A DNA stretch of 63,695 nt, the filler included, from Octopus bimaculoides (lineage: Eukaryota): NCBI RefSeq assembly GCF_001194135.2. It is 5 parts of 4 records of this genome, joined end to end, with 100 filler letters (N's around TTAATTAATTAA, not from the genome) between each part and the next. Parts side by side here need not be neighbours in the genome. Positions count along the whole stretch, not along the records: positions 1 to 29,705 come from NW_026334859.1; positions 29,806 to 49,983 come from NC_068982.1; 3 more parts are not named here. One strand, given 5' to 3'. The position numbers and the translations under genes are program-made. Under the pieces are notes generated by a model. The model worked only from the letters and a program-made list of their open reading frames with translations. It was not told the origin of the DNA and did no database searches. This document shows positions 24,149 through 36,213 of the stretch, one piece after another. Position 1 is the stretch's first letter. Every line of letters begins with the position of its first letter.

Positions 24149-25075
24149 CTAACATAAAAATGAGTCAATAGAAAATCTTGTATAGAACAGATCCATGATA
24201 ATAGATAAATTATTAAGGTTAAATATTTAAATGAACGAAGCAAAGAAGTAGTAGAAGATGAAGGCTAGAAGTACAAGAAGGGAAAGAGGAAGAATGAGAA
24301 GCAGAAGTATAAGGGAAAAGTAAAAGGAGAAGAATAAAGGAAAATATATAACAGAAAAGAAAGGGAGTGAAGAAGCAAGGGGGAAATAAGTTAATGAATA
24401 AGAACAAAAACATAAAAAGAAGAATTTTATGTTGATAATAGGGATGGTAAAGAAATGAAGTCATAAAAGCTGTAGAGGCAAAGAAGAAGCGGAATACGAA
24501 GGGGAAAAGAAAGAAGCAGAATTCGAAGAAAGAATAGACAAAAAGGAAAAGATGGAGTTGGAGGAAGAGAAAATGAAGAAACAGAAGAGAAGAGAAAAAG
24601 AAGTGAAGAACAAGAAGGGTGTGGAGAAATAGAATGAAAACAAGAAAGCAGTGACAAAGGAGAAAGGGGACAGAAATACAAATATTTATTCCATTAGGTG
24701 TGAGGGTCATGGTTTGCAATTAGTATTGACCTAGCATTAAAAAACTTACTGAAATAATTATTGTATACACATGCTGATATATTCGAATATATTCATACAT
24801 ACATACAAACATATATATGAATATTCTCACGCATAATTATACACATGCAAAGATCCACAGACAATGACATGGAGACACTCACTTTCATACAACCTCACAT
24901 TCGCTTACACTAACATTCATGCACTTACATGTAAGTTCATTCACACTTACCTTCACAAACATGAAGAAGTATAGAAAAGAGTTGGAAACAAATGGGGAGA
25001 AAAAGAAGGATGGGAAGAAATTATTTAGAAATATCACGTCAACAAAAGAGTATCAACAAAACTGATCCAACTTAC

Positions 25076-25147
25076 AAATTCTCTAAATAGGTAAGATTTT
25101 GGAAGGTTCCATTTTCAATAGTCTTGATTTTATTATAGCCCAGATAT
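25076..25147 (-). CDS. LRR gene exon 3 (72 nt): YLGYNKIKTIENGTFQNLTYLENL
   Basis: tgttatAG|atatctgggc...gagaattt|GTAAGTtggatcag. The peptide is visible at the end of ORF 25072..25299(-). Confidence 0.9.
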
Positions 25148-26083
25148 CTATAACATAAGGAAGTTGATAAGCAATACAGAACATATTTGCGATAAAATAT
25201 TATGGCTAAACAATTAGATAAAAGAAAAGAAGTAGAAGATAATGATGATGATGATTGTGAGGGTAATGACGATGATGTTGATGTTGAGAAAGATGACAAT
25301 GGCAGGTTGAGGGCTATGATAATGAATGATGGTGATCACAGTGATGATGATGATCATCATCATCATCACCATGACAACAATGAAGAGACAATGATGAGGA
25401 TGATGAAGGTAATAATGATGACGGTGGTGGTGGTGATAATGATGATGGTAATTGGGATGCTGGTGATGATTTTCACAGTGATGTTGACAATAATAAATTT
25501 CACTATGATGAGGAGGATAAATGTTGAAAAGATTGTAATAATGATGATGGTGGGGGTCTGCAGATAATGACAGTACTGATGAAGATGATGTTATATAAGG
25601 AGAAGATGATGTTATATAAGGAGAAGATGAAAATAATGTTATATGAGAAGATGAAGATGATGCTATAAGAAGAAGAAAAAAAGAAGAGTAATAAAATCAG
25701 CAAGAAAATAAAGATGAAAAACAAAAAAGAAGAGAAGTTGAAAATGAAGCAGAATAGAAAGAAGAGGAGAATGGAAGAAAGATAAGGAAATGGAGAAAAG
25801 GAAATGGAATATTGGGAAAAAAGAAATAGAAGATGAACACAAGAATAATATATAAATATAATGTAATCACGTATACACACAAGAACACCAACAAACATGC
25901 ATATACACCCACACGAAAGACATAAAATGACACACACAGCAGCACAGTAACATTCATACGCATTCAATTACATTCACACACAAATATGGAGAAAATGTTG
26001 TTGAGAAGTTAAAGGATGGGATAACATTAAATAGTTAGGAATATAACGTCAATGGAAATGTGTCAATGAGAGGTCGAACTTAC

Positions 26084-26155
26084 ATATATTTTACATTGGG
26101 AAAATTTTGGAAGGTTCTTTCTTCAATATCCGAGATTTCATTAAAACCCAGATAT
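26084..26155 (-). CDS. LRR gene exon 2 (72 nt): YLGFNEISDIEERTFQNFPNVKYI
   Basis: tgttatAG|atatctgggt...aaatatat|GTAAGTtcgacc; 72 nt, same phase, LRR consensus. Confidence 0.88.
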
Positions 26156-26785
26156 CTATAACATAAAAATGAGTTGATAAGAAATTGTACAGAATAGAAG
26201 TGAAAAAATATTAATATCATAGCTAAAGAATTAGATAAAGGAAGAGAAGAAACAGTAGTTGTGGGTGATGATGTTAATGGTTATCAAAAAGAAGAATAGA
26301 AGAAAGAGAAGAAAGAAAAGAAGAAGAACAACAACAGCAATAACAACAACTAACAAAGAGTTGAATAAGAAATACAATGAGAAGAGGAAAAAGAAGAAAA
26401 GGAAGCAAATAGAAGTAGAAAAATGAACATGAATGAAATGAAAGGTAGCCCTAAATAGAACTAAAACACAATTATCTGCAGACAGAATTGTACATGCAAA
26501 TTCAAACACACATAAATTCACACACAAACACACGACACATATTTATGCATAAACAGAAACTTATAAACACTATCACATACTTATACGCACCCACACATGC
26601 ATTCACAAACGTGTTTTTATTCACAACATTCACACACACACTCCCACATACATTCTCAGTCATACTCTCACACACATATCGAGAAAAAGTGAGAGTGACA
26701 AACTGAAAAGAAATGACGAGAAGACATTCAAAATTTAGAAATATATCATCAATGAAAGAGTATCAAGAAGACTGATCCAACTTAC

Positions 26786-26857
26786 AATCTTTCTAATCTG
26801 GAGAGGTTTTGGAAATGTTTTTCTTCAATATTCTGTAATTTATTATAGGCCAGATAT
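26786..26857 (-). CDS. LRR gene exon 1 of 6 visible (72 nt): YLAYNKLQNIEEKHFQNLSRLERL
   Basis: Minus strand reads tgttacAG|atatctggcc...gaaagatt|GTAAGTtggatcag. Exactly 72 nt, open in the frame starting at exon nt 2, matching the typical 24-aa LRR pattern xLxxNxIxxIxxxxFxxLxxLxxL. Confidence 0.88.
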
Positions 26858-27249
26858 CTGTAACATGAAAGCGAGTTAATAAGATGTTGTAAAGTACAGG
26901 TACTGTATAGATAATACGACGTTGCATAGATAAATTATTAAATAATATCACTAAAAAATTACAGATAAAAAGAGAAGAAAAGGTGAAGTTGAGGATGAGG
27001 ATGATTTTTGAGAAGAAGAAGAAGAAGAAGAAGAAGAAGAAGAAGAAGAAGAAGAAGAAGAAGAAGAAAAGGAGAATATGTAAATGAAGTACAAAGATAA
27101 GTAGAAGAAATAGAAGAGACAGAAGACGAAAACAAAGAACATGAAAGAGAAGAATATAAGACAAAAAGAGCAATTACAAGAAAAGCTAAATAATAATAAC
27201 AATTAGAATGATGATGATGATAATACTTTCTACTGGAAGCAGAAGACCT

Positions 27250-27437
27250 CAAATTTAGGGGAAGGGATTAAGTCGATTACATCGACCTCAGTGCGTCACT
27301 GGTACCAATTTTATCGCCCTCCAAAAGGATGAAGAACAAAATTGACCTTGACAGAATTTGAACTCAGAATGTAATGGCAGACGAAATACCACTAAGCATT
27401 TCGCCCGGTGTCCTAACGATTCTGCCAGCTCATTGCC
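27250..27437 (-). mobile_element. tRNA-derived SINE (family C)
   Basis: Homologous to 47590-47797; the minus-strand head gagctggcagaatcgttag...gttcaaattc is tRNA-like. Confidence 0.7.
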
Positions 27438-27846
27438 TTAATGATAAGAAAGAAAGGAAGAAAAAAAGAAAGAAAGAAGAGGATTATGGAGTGTGGCATA
27501 AACTGGAGGAAAACAGGAGAAAATAATGGAAAAGAAAAAGAAATAAAATGTGCCGAATAAGGCGATGAAGACATAAGACGTAGATGAATAAAAATAATAG
27601 AGTATTGAAATGCAAGGAAAATAGAGCAGGAAAGCAACAAAGAGGACAACCCTTGAAGAAGCAAAGGAAGAAGTAATGAGCGAGAAAAATAGAAGGCTGA
27701 AGAAGATGAAGATGAGGATGAGAAAAAGTAGAAAAAGATGGATATGTAAAAAGCGTGAAGAAGAGAGATAAGTGACCATCAGAAGGAAGTGAACTATGAA
27801 GCTGGAAAATTTGAAGCTAACAAGACTAAAAAGACAATGAAAATTC

Positions 27847-28010
27847 TGAAGATAGTGAATATGAGGTAGAGGAAGAGAAATATAAATAATGTAGTCCTAA
27901 ATATAAATAGGAGTGAGAGTCACGGTTGTTGCAAAACAGCATTGATCAAGAATTAAAGTACAGTAAAGGATTTGCAGGTAGAATTACATATACAAGTTGA
28001 TAGATTCACA
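27847..28010. repeat. Paralogous intron block, homologous to 23681-23860
   Basis: Both read ctgaagatagtgaatatgaggtagagg...aataatgtagtcctaaat...cattgatcaaga...gatttgcagg.agaattac.ta.acaag.tgatagattc. Confidence 0.85.
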
Positions 28011-28195
28011 TAAACATACATATACATTTAGAGAAAACTAGCAGAGATACCCGGCCTTGCTCCAGGCATGTGACTGGGGCCATGCCGTTGGTCGAACAAA
28101 TCGATCACAAGATTTATTCTTTGTAAGCCTAGCATGTATTCTATCGTTGTCTTTTGCCAAACCGTTAGTTTATGGGAACGTTAACAAGCAACACA

Positions 28196-28251
<56 letters not shown>

Positions 28252-29705
28252 NNNNNNNNNNNNNNNNNNNNNNNNNNNNNNNNNNNNNNNNNNNNNNNNN
28301 NNNNNNNNNNNNNNNNNNNNNNNNNNNNNNNNNNNNNNNNNNNNNNNNNNNNNNNNNNNNNNNNNNNNNNNNNNNNNNNNNNNNNNNNNNNNNNNNNNNN
28401 NNNNNNNNNNNNNNNNNNNNNNNNNNNNNNNNNNNNNNNNNNNNNNNNNNNNNNNNNNNNNNNNNNNNNNNNNNNNNNNNNNNNNNNNNNNNNNNNNNNN
28501 NNNNNNNNNNNNNNNNNNNNNNNNNNNNNNNNNNNNNNNNNNNNNNNNNNNNNNNNNNNNNNNNNNNNNNNNNNNNNNNNNNNNNNNNNNNNNNNNNNNN
28601 NNNNNNNNNNNNNNNNNNNNNNNNNNNNNNNNNNNNNNNNNNNNNNNNNNNNNNNNNNNNNNNNNNNNNNNNNNNNNNNNNNNNNNNNNNNNNNNNNNNN
28701 NNNNNNNNNNNNNNNNNNNNNNNNNNNNNNNNNNNNNNNNNNNNNNNNNNNNNNNNNNNNNNNNNNNNNNNNNNNNNNNNNNNNNNNNNNNNNNNNNNNN
28801 NNNNNNNNNNNNNNNNNNNNNNNNNNNNNNNNNNNNNNNNNNNNNNNNNNATAACACAGACCACACGTTGCGTAGTCAAACTAACATTTTTTTCAAAACA
28901 AAACAAAACAACATTCCATAACGATAATTCTTGCTTTTGAAATAACACATGTAACATTTAACAATAGAGTTTCCAAGCATTTTAGATTACAAAGTTTCTC
29001 AATCATGTTACGTAATCATAAAGTTCGTTTATCAAGAGTCATTTAAAAGTTCTTTTGCTTCTTTTGTTTTTCTTTTCTTTTAACAACACAGTTAACAAGA
29101 GTTCTTTCTTTTTCTTTTTTTTCTTCACAAAAACATTTAACCAAACGCAAGTACATTTTCTATAAAGAAATATAAACAAACCTTCATCGCAAGAGTTTCC
29201 TTTCCTTCAAATCTCCTACTACTTCGACAAGAACTGACCAACGCAGTCCACTACAATCTGCCACTACATCACTTTGCCTGCCACAACAGTTCTCTCTGTC
29301 TCTCTCTCAGACTGCCTCAGTCCTTCTCTGCCTCTCTTACGGGCTATACCTTCTCAGTCACTGGTTCTATCCATTTCGATGATTGGTACCTTCTGTCAAT
29401 AGCCTCTTTCTCTCAGTCTCTATCACCGACTACTCTGTCCATCTTCACTGACCGCTGCTGTCACTCCACTCGTTCTTCACCGACTGACCTGTCCATCTGG
29501 CTTCTCTTCACTCACTGACCGCATTTACACCGACAGATAATCAGCTAGGAAGATCGGCATACCGTACCCAAAAGTGCTGCGTTCCCCCTCCAAAGCTGGG
29601 TACAGTTTCTATCTGCCTTTAAACTTTCGATGACCGGAGAAGGTCAGAGATCACATTCCTATGGCCATAAATAACCGTGCTCGTTGACAGGACAAAGGAA
29701 ATACC

Positions 29706-29805
29706 NNNNNNNNNNNNNNNNNNNNNNNNNNNNNNNNNNNNNNNNNNNNTTAATTAATTAANNNNNNNNNNNNNNNNNNNNNNNNNNNNNNNNNNNNNNN
29801 NNNNN
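29706..29805. other. Artificial 100-bp scaffold spacer N44-TTAATTAATTAA-N44 (also 49984-50083, 59658-59757, 62418-62517)
   Basis: Identical 44+12+44 layout four times; the 12-mer has stop codons in all six frames. Confidence 0.95.
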
Positions 29806-30364
29806 ATCACCACTAAGTGATGTTCAACATCGTTATGGGTCCAGCCAGTTCTGATGGAAACTTCTTCGTACGAAATATTTTAGTTTGGACTAAAGAAGCT
29901 TTTCGTTGGCCCAGCCTTAGAAGCAATAGTTTGTTAAGATCCAAAGTTCGTACCATCCACATAAAGAAGGTTTTTCTTCAGCTCCAAGTTAGTTCTGGTC
30001 ATGTAAATGTGACCATTTAGTTCATTTTTCAGGCAATTTAGATCAGACTATATTATTCAGCATGGTTTACCCTGTATTAAAAGGCCGCTTGAAATGATTT
30101 GAAAAAAAAAAAAAAAAGATGACTGATATTTCTAGCAAATCGTACGACCAAGTGCAGGTTCATTTATAGACTGTTGCTTTACATTTGTTTGATAACTATA
30201 ATTTTCTACATCTTTGAAATTCCAGCATCAGTTTGATAACATTAATGACAGAAAGTATTATTACATTTTTTTCATTATTCAGCTTATCTAATTTACAGAA
30301 TCCGCTTTATGTGCTCAGCTTTTTTTTTATCCCCCCCACCTCTACATTTGGACTACAAACTTAA

Positions 30365-30570
30365 CCCTTTGCTTGTTCAAAGTATTTTCATATGTTTTTC
30401 CTAAACGGCCAAGCATTTGGTTGGCCCTTGTCTCATACATTCTGAGTAACATGAAGCTTTCTTTTAGTCCCAAATTAATCAAGTAACTGAAAAAAAATTG
30501 TGGCTGTGTAATCATATGATGCATGGAAGCCGGGGAAATATGTCATGTGACACTCGGGACAAGCAAAGGG
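30365..30570. mobile_element. piggyBac-like MITE (206 bp)
   Basis: Perfect 12-bp TIR CCCTTTGCTTGT / ACAAGCAAAGGG; TTAA on the left, CTAA on the right. Confidence 0.75.
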
Positions 30571-31056
30571 CTAAGGTTTCTGATTATATATATACATATA
30601 TGTATGCACTAGACAATAATAAAAGACGTAGTTTACGAAATCACAAATAGTAGAAATTACAGTTGCTGAAGAATGTAGCTTCTTTACTAATAATTAGTTC
30701 TGAATAGTCTCTAAGTGAAGAAACTAACTTCCAACATTGAAATTCAAACAATTACGTAGTCACATTCTAAATTTAAGAGAAATCATAGTTATTTTCACTA
30801 TCTACTTACTGTCGCAATTTGCACAACTGCTACTAAGTGCTTTTCCTTTTCTAGTAGATATGCTCTTCCTTTTTATTTAACTCTTTGAATTCATCATATA
30901 AATAAAGAACTATGGCGGGATGTATGCGTAGGGAAATAGGTGAGATCCTTCAGTATGAACGTTACATCAAGTCTGACAAAACATCCTAGTTGTTTCTGAA
31001 GTGTACAGTAAAGTCTGCGATTAACTAACAAATCTCACTGAATTTCTCTCCTCCCT

Positions 31057-31093
<37 letters not shown>

Positions 31094-33102
31094 GCGCAAA
31101 ATCTAAAATGGATCGAAAACTTCAAAACATTGTTTTAGCACAATGGTAGAACGGCTGTCATGTTTACATAAGATGTGGGTTCGAGTCACACAAAGAGGTT
31201 TTCAACCCAATATTTACATTATTATTTATAGCTTTATTTGTTTCGAGATCCACCGTTCCATAAAAAAAAAAACAGAATCACATATATATTTCAAGTTTAG
31301 AAAGAAATAGTTGTATCAAGTTACTCGCTAAACTTTAGAAAAGACTTACATCTTTTTTTTTTTTTTTTTTTTTTCCTAATCTAATTTCAGATTAAATTAC
31401 AATGCGTGATAGTATTTTTCTTTACTTCAGAATTTCAAAAATAAAAGTTATAACTATATATATTTTTGAATGTATAACCAAGAGAAATACGAAATAGGTT
31501 TCCAGGGAAAGTTCTTTTAAAATGCTCTCGTTACTAATAATTCCTTAATGAAACAGTCACAACTTCCAAGGTTGATCTCCACAACAGTGCAAGATATTTT
31601 TCTTTTCTGTCCCAGACAAGTATTTCAGGCCCGTTGTGTTTGCATTTGGAGGATGTTTTGATGGGAACGTTACACCAATATTCATTTTTTAAAAAAATTA
31701 TTTATTTATTTATCTATCCCACGGCAAACCTCTCTACAGATGGTATTGTATATTGTTTTAGCAAGAACATCATGCCACATAGGAATGTATAACCTTAATA
31801 ACATTTCGGGGCAGCTGCTGATTATGTGCGCAATGAATTCTACAGAAATATGACACAATCTATATTTCGGTCACATATACGTGCAGGATTTAATGATATT
31901 GTTTTGTTTTTAATTTCCTTTCAAAGGAGAAAGAGCTAAATTTCAATCCATAGACAAACGGGTAAGCCATTACTTAAGTATCTATGTACGACAACGACGA
32001 TGATAACCACAAGACTATATGTTCGTGTTGTTTATCCACCAAATCACTTAAACTAGCAGACCTACAACCAAGAGCTTTCAAGCTGTGATCAACCCGTATT
32101 AGATTGAGACATAATGTCATTTGCCAGCTATTTTTAACTTATCGAACGGTCACAGAGAGGCTAATTTGTTCTCTGGAGGCCTTTTTGATTAGAGATTACG
32201 AACAGGACAATTTCAAAAAGTTCTCGAACTTGATACGACTACAGACCAGGGAGTAGGGCTTTAGGTCATGTTCGACATTTATGGGTCTGTTGAAACCGCT
32301 AGCAACTGAACTTGTCTGAGACTCAAGCAGGATGACAAAACCATTTTACACGCATTCGTCCAGTATCCGTGCCTTTGCTGATTGGTGGGTTTATATCAAA
32401 AAGATGTTATCTCCAGTCTTTTTCTGCCCGTCGCCCTAACGTGAAAGAAGAGTAATAGATGTAGCTGAAAGGTCTGAAGGTAGAAATTTTCTTCTTAGAC
32501 CAAACCTCCATCAACACCTTGAAAAAGGAGGGTCTGCGCTTCAGTAAATTTTATAAAAGGGAGTGGAAAAATTGGCGTAGTTAAGTGAGCCTACACTATG
32601 AAGTAATACGTTGGCAATAAGAACTTGAAAGAAAGTATTTATGTTTGATGTGTCGCGGCTGAGCAAGGATGCACAAAATTCATCCTTTCTTAATTCAAGG
32701 TTCATTTCTAATAACCGACCGACTTTAAAAAAAAATTGTCAAAATTATGAATGAACCAGCCTGGGACTACCAGTTTCTAGTAAAAAGATTACAAAGTGGT
32801 CGGACTGTGTATGCATGCGGAAAATTTAAAAGTCTGGTGAAAGGCGCGAATAGCTACAAAAAGGTTTGTCACCGTTAAACAGTTCCACACTACTCTATTT
32901 TCTATGTGATTTGACAACAATCAGATCCCTCGAAGTTCGAACTGCAAAGAAAACAACCTAATTGGTAATTTTATACTTGATATAACGCACGCGTTCCCTG
33001 TTCGGAGAAGTTACTCCATTGGCTTATGTACTAGACACAATCGGCTTAGAGAAACGCGCATATGTTATTTAAAGATTAAAAGTACCAATCACATTTTCTG
33101 CG

Positions 33103-33148
<46 letters not shown>

Positions 33149-33728
33149 GCGCGCGTGTGTAGATATCTAGCTGATGTCACAAATTTTCTCTAAATTTTCT
33201 ACCCTTATGATTTTCGCAGTATATATATAATGTGACAAATCAGCATTCTCGTCTCCATCGCTGGTTGGTATGTATGTATGTATGTATGTATGTATGTATG
33301 TATGTATGCATGCATGCATACGTAGCTATTTCATTTTACTTAGATCGCTAACATGCTTTTGGGAACATCGCTAAAGTATGAACGAAACATCTTTTTTTCC
33401 CACAAGTCTCAAAATGCTTACACCAACTGCCATCTCGCTGGGTCAATCAAATATTACTTTTTGTCTTTCTCTAGGGAACCGGGTGTCAATTCAGTCGTGT
33501 TTACAACACATTTTCGTGTATTTTGTTAGCCCTACTTGCCGATGTCAAAATGAAGCTGTTGTTTTTTAACCCCAGGCAGTCTGTCTGAAAAATGAGCAGT
33601 ACATTCCTTTTTGGCGTTTGCTTTTTATTTTATATTATTTTATTTTTATTCCAATATTTGATTCACTCACTTGACTGCGGTCATGGTGGAGTCTGAGCTT
33701 GAAGCGTTTTAGGACTTTTTTTTTTTAA

Positions 33729-34371
33729 TCCTTTCCGTTTGGCTGCCAAGGCTTCAAAAATTAAAGTTTATCGAAAACTTTAAAATGTGATACATTAATG
33801 TAGTTTTCCAAGCTGAATTGCTGGAGATATTTCACTTTTTCAGAAATTTTATTGAAAGGTTATAGAGGTTTAAAGTTTGATCATTTTCATCCAGTCAGAA
33901 AACAGGATTTGGAAACTGTCATTTTGTGCTGGACAGCACATTTTGTCAATATCTTGAAAATAGCGTGTATTCTACACACGAAAAATGAGTAAACAACGTC
34001 TTTTGTAGTTTTAAGAATCTAATATGCATTTAATGCAATAGACAGCATATTAAGAATTATTTTAAAAAAAACAAAAAACAAAAAACATTTAAGCATTCGA
34101 TATGCATTTAGGTGGGTAAAACAGTAGAACAACATCAACAAGTGGTTTCAATATATTTGTCAACACGTGCTTTCTCGCAAACAAAATAATTCTCATGGTC
34201 GGCTTGTTACTATGGAAACAGGCATGAATATGTTTATGGCTTACGATTGGCTATACGATTGATTTATAGCGAAAATGATTTCCATGGCATTGATTAGCCT
34301 ATAATAGTGTATCATTACACTGAATATGAAATTAGGTCGAAGAGATTTTGAAATTGGCAGCCAAACAGAAA

Positions 34372-34373
<2 letters not shown>
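33729..34373. mobile_element. piggyBac-like non-autonomous element
   Basis: Inverted termini TTTCCGTTTGGCTGCCAA (left, after TTAA) and TTGGCAGCCAAACAGAAA (right); the right TTAA is not preserved. Confidence 0.6.
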
Positions 34374-34403
<30 letters not shown>

Positions 34404-34574
34404 TGAAGTCTGCTACTTATTCGTTCTATTCTTTTTTTTCTTCTTTTTCGACAAATCTCTAAGTTGGGGATATAACAAATGCCGGTTGCTAGGCTGTGAG
34501 AAACGGCGCACCAAGCACGAGGAGCACGCGCGCACACACACACATCTATTCATATGTATATTCTTTTATTCTTT

Positions 34575-34950
34575 TACTCGTTTGTCATTTTGACTGCGGC
34601 CATGCTGGAGCACCGCCTTAAAGGGTTTTAGTCAAAGCAATAGACTCCAGAACTTATTCTTTGTAAGCCTAGTACTTAATTTATCAGTCTTCTTTGCTGA
34701 ATCGCTAGATTATGAGGAGGTAAACACACCAACATGGGTTATCATGCGATTGTGGTGGTAGTGAGGAGGGGAGACAAACAGACACAAAGAACACACACAC
34801 AAATATATACATATACGACGGGCTTCTTTCAGTTTCCATCTACGAAATCTACTTACAACGCTTTGGCCGGTCCGAGGCTATAGCAGAAGACACTTGCACA
34901 GAGTGTCACGCAGTTGGACTGAACTCGGAACCATGTAGTTGAGAAGCAAG
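34575..34950 (-). mobile_element. tRNA-derived SINE (family A); other copies ~28060-28250, 35165-35665, 36845-37195, 37575-37742, 37975-38160, 38700-38800, 55695-55972
   Basis: Shared blocks gactgcggccatgctggagcaccgcc...aagcctagtactt...gacgggcttctttcagtttcc...gaggctatagtagaagacac...ggactgaacccggaacc; boundaries approximate. Confidence 0.85.
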
Positions 34951-36180
34951 TGTATATAGGGATAAATTATTCAGGCGGGTACCGTACGAGGACTCCGATA
35001 TAGTCCAGGTTCAGACTAACCGTAATGAGTAATAAGAAAGAGTCAGTAATCCCGTTGCAATTCATCCGATAGGTAAGCCCTGCATTCGCTTCACTGGATT
35101 ATTGATATTTACGGTGGTGTGCGCGTGTGTGCATGTGTGTGTAAGCTTGTATGTATTCTTTTATTCGCTTACTTGTTTCAGTCGTTAGACTGCGGCCATG
35201 CTGGGGCACCGCCTTGAAAAACTGATCCCAGTACTTAATTTTTGCTAAGCCTGGTATTTATTGTATCGGTCTCTTTTACCCAACCGCTAATTTACGAAGA
35301 CGTAAACACACCAACACTGGTTGTCAAGAGGTGGCGGGGGGGGGGACAAACATAGACACATACTCACACACATTATATATTACGACAGTTTACTTTCAGT
35401 TCCCGTCCACCATACCCACTCGAGGCTTTGGCCAGCTCGAGACTATAGTAGAAGACATTGCTCAATGTGCCATGCAGTAGGACTAGGTAGATAGATAGAT
35501 AGATAATGTATACACGCACACGCGCACACACACGACAGATCTCCGCAGTTTCCGTATACCAAATTGTTGGATATCGGCCTGGAACTGTATTAGAAGACAC
35601 TCTTGTCTAAGGTGCCTCGCAGTAGATCTGAACCTAAACCGTCATCATTGCGAAGTGGCTCCTTAAAGCTACGCAGCCATACTCTCTCATGATTGAAAAA
35701 GCAGTTAGAAAACGAAAAGAAAGAAAAGAAACTTCAGTCATGGCCAGCCAGTTTTATTTTGAGCACAAAGCCCTACATTATCTGATGTAGGCATATAATT
35801 TTAAGAAAACTTTTGACTGTTATTTCCAGCAGATCGAGGGAGCAGAGCAGAATCGCCCCATTGCTACGAGTTGAAATCAGAAATCATTTCCTATGTTGGT
35901 CACCCAGGAAGAAGAAATTGAATTGTTGTAGCAAATTCTACTTATTGTCTATTTTATATTCAGTCCTCACAAAAGAACCAGCAAACTACCACGACCACCA
36001 TCACCACCACTACCACTACTACAACTACCAGCTACCTGTGTTTCCATTCACCCTTTATGTTGCACGCAAACCCATACACGAATATACGCCTTTATTCTCT
36101 TACCATACTTTCTCTGTCTCTCTCCTCCCTTTATATAAACATATGTGTGTGTGTACATGTTTGCATACACATACATTAAA

Positions 36181-36213
<33 letters not shown>

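Noticed and set aside
28851-29705. Possible solo LTR
   Set aside because: It is bounded by gaps on both sides; no TG...CA termini, TSD or second copy is visible.
29750-29761. TTAATTAATTAA as a recurring biological motif or CRISPR-like repeat
   Set aside because: It is always centred in exactly 44+44 Ns; an assembly spacer.
30342-30524. Possible minus-strand exon after a strong ttttttttcAG acceptor
   Set aside because: It lies inside a piggyBac-like MITE (30365-30570), and the peptide resembles nothing I recognise.
31125-31200. tRNA-like sequence (TAGCACAATGGTAGA...GGGTTCGAGTCACAC)
   Set aside because: No acceptor or anticodon stem can be formed; at most an ancient tRNA/SINE relic.
33418-33475. 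49-nt minus-strand segment with AG/GTAAG boundaries and a late ATG (possible first exon)
   Set aside because: A 5' acceptor is not expected on a first exon, all full frames have stops, and nothing links it to the LRR exons.
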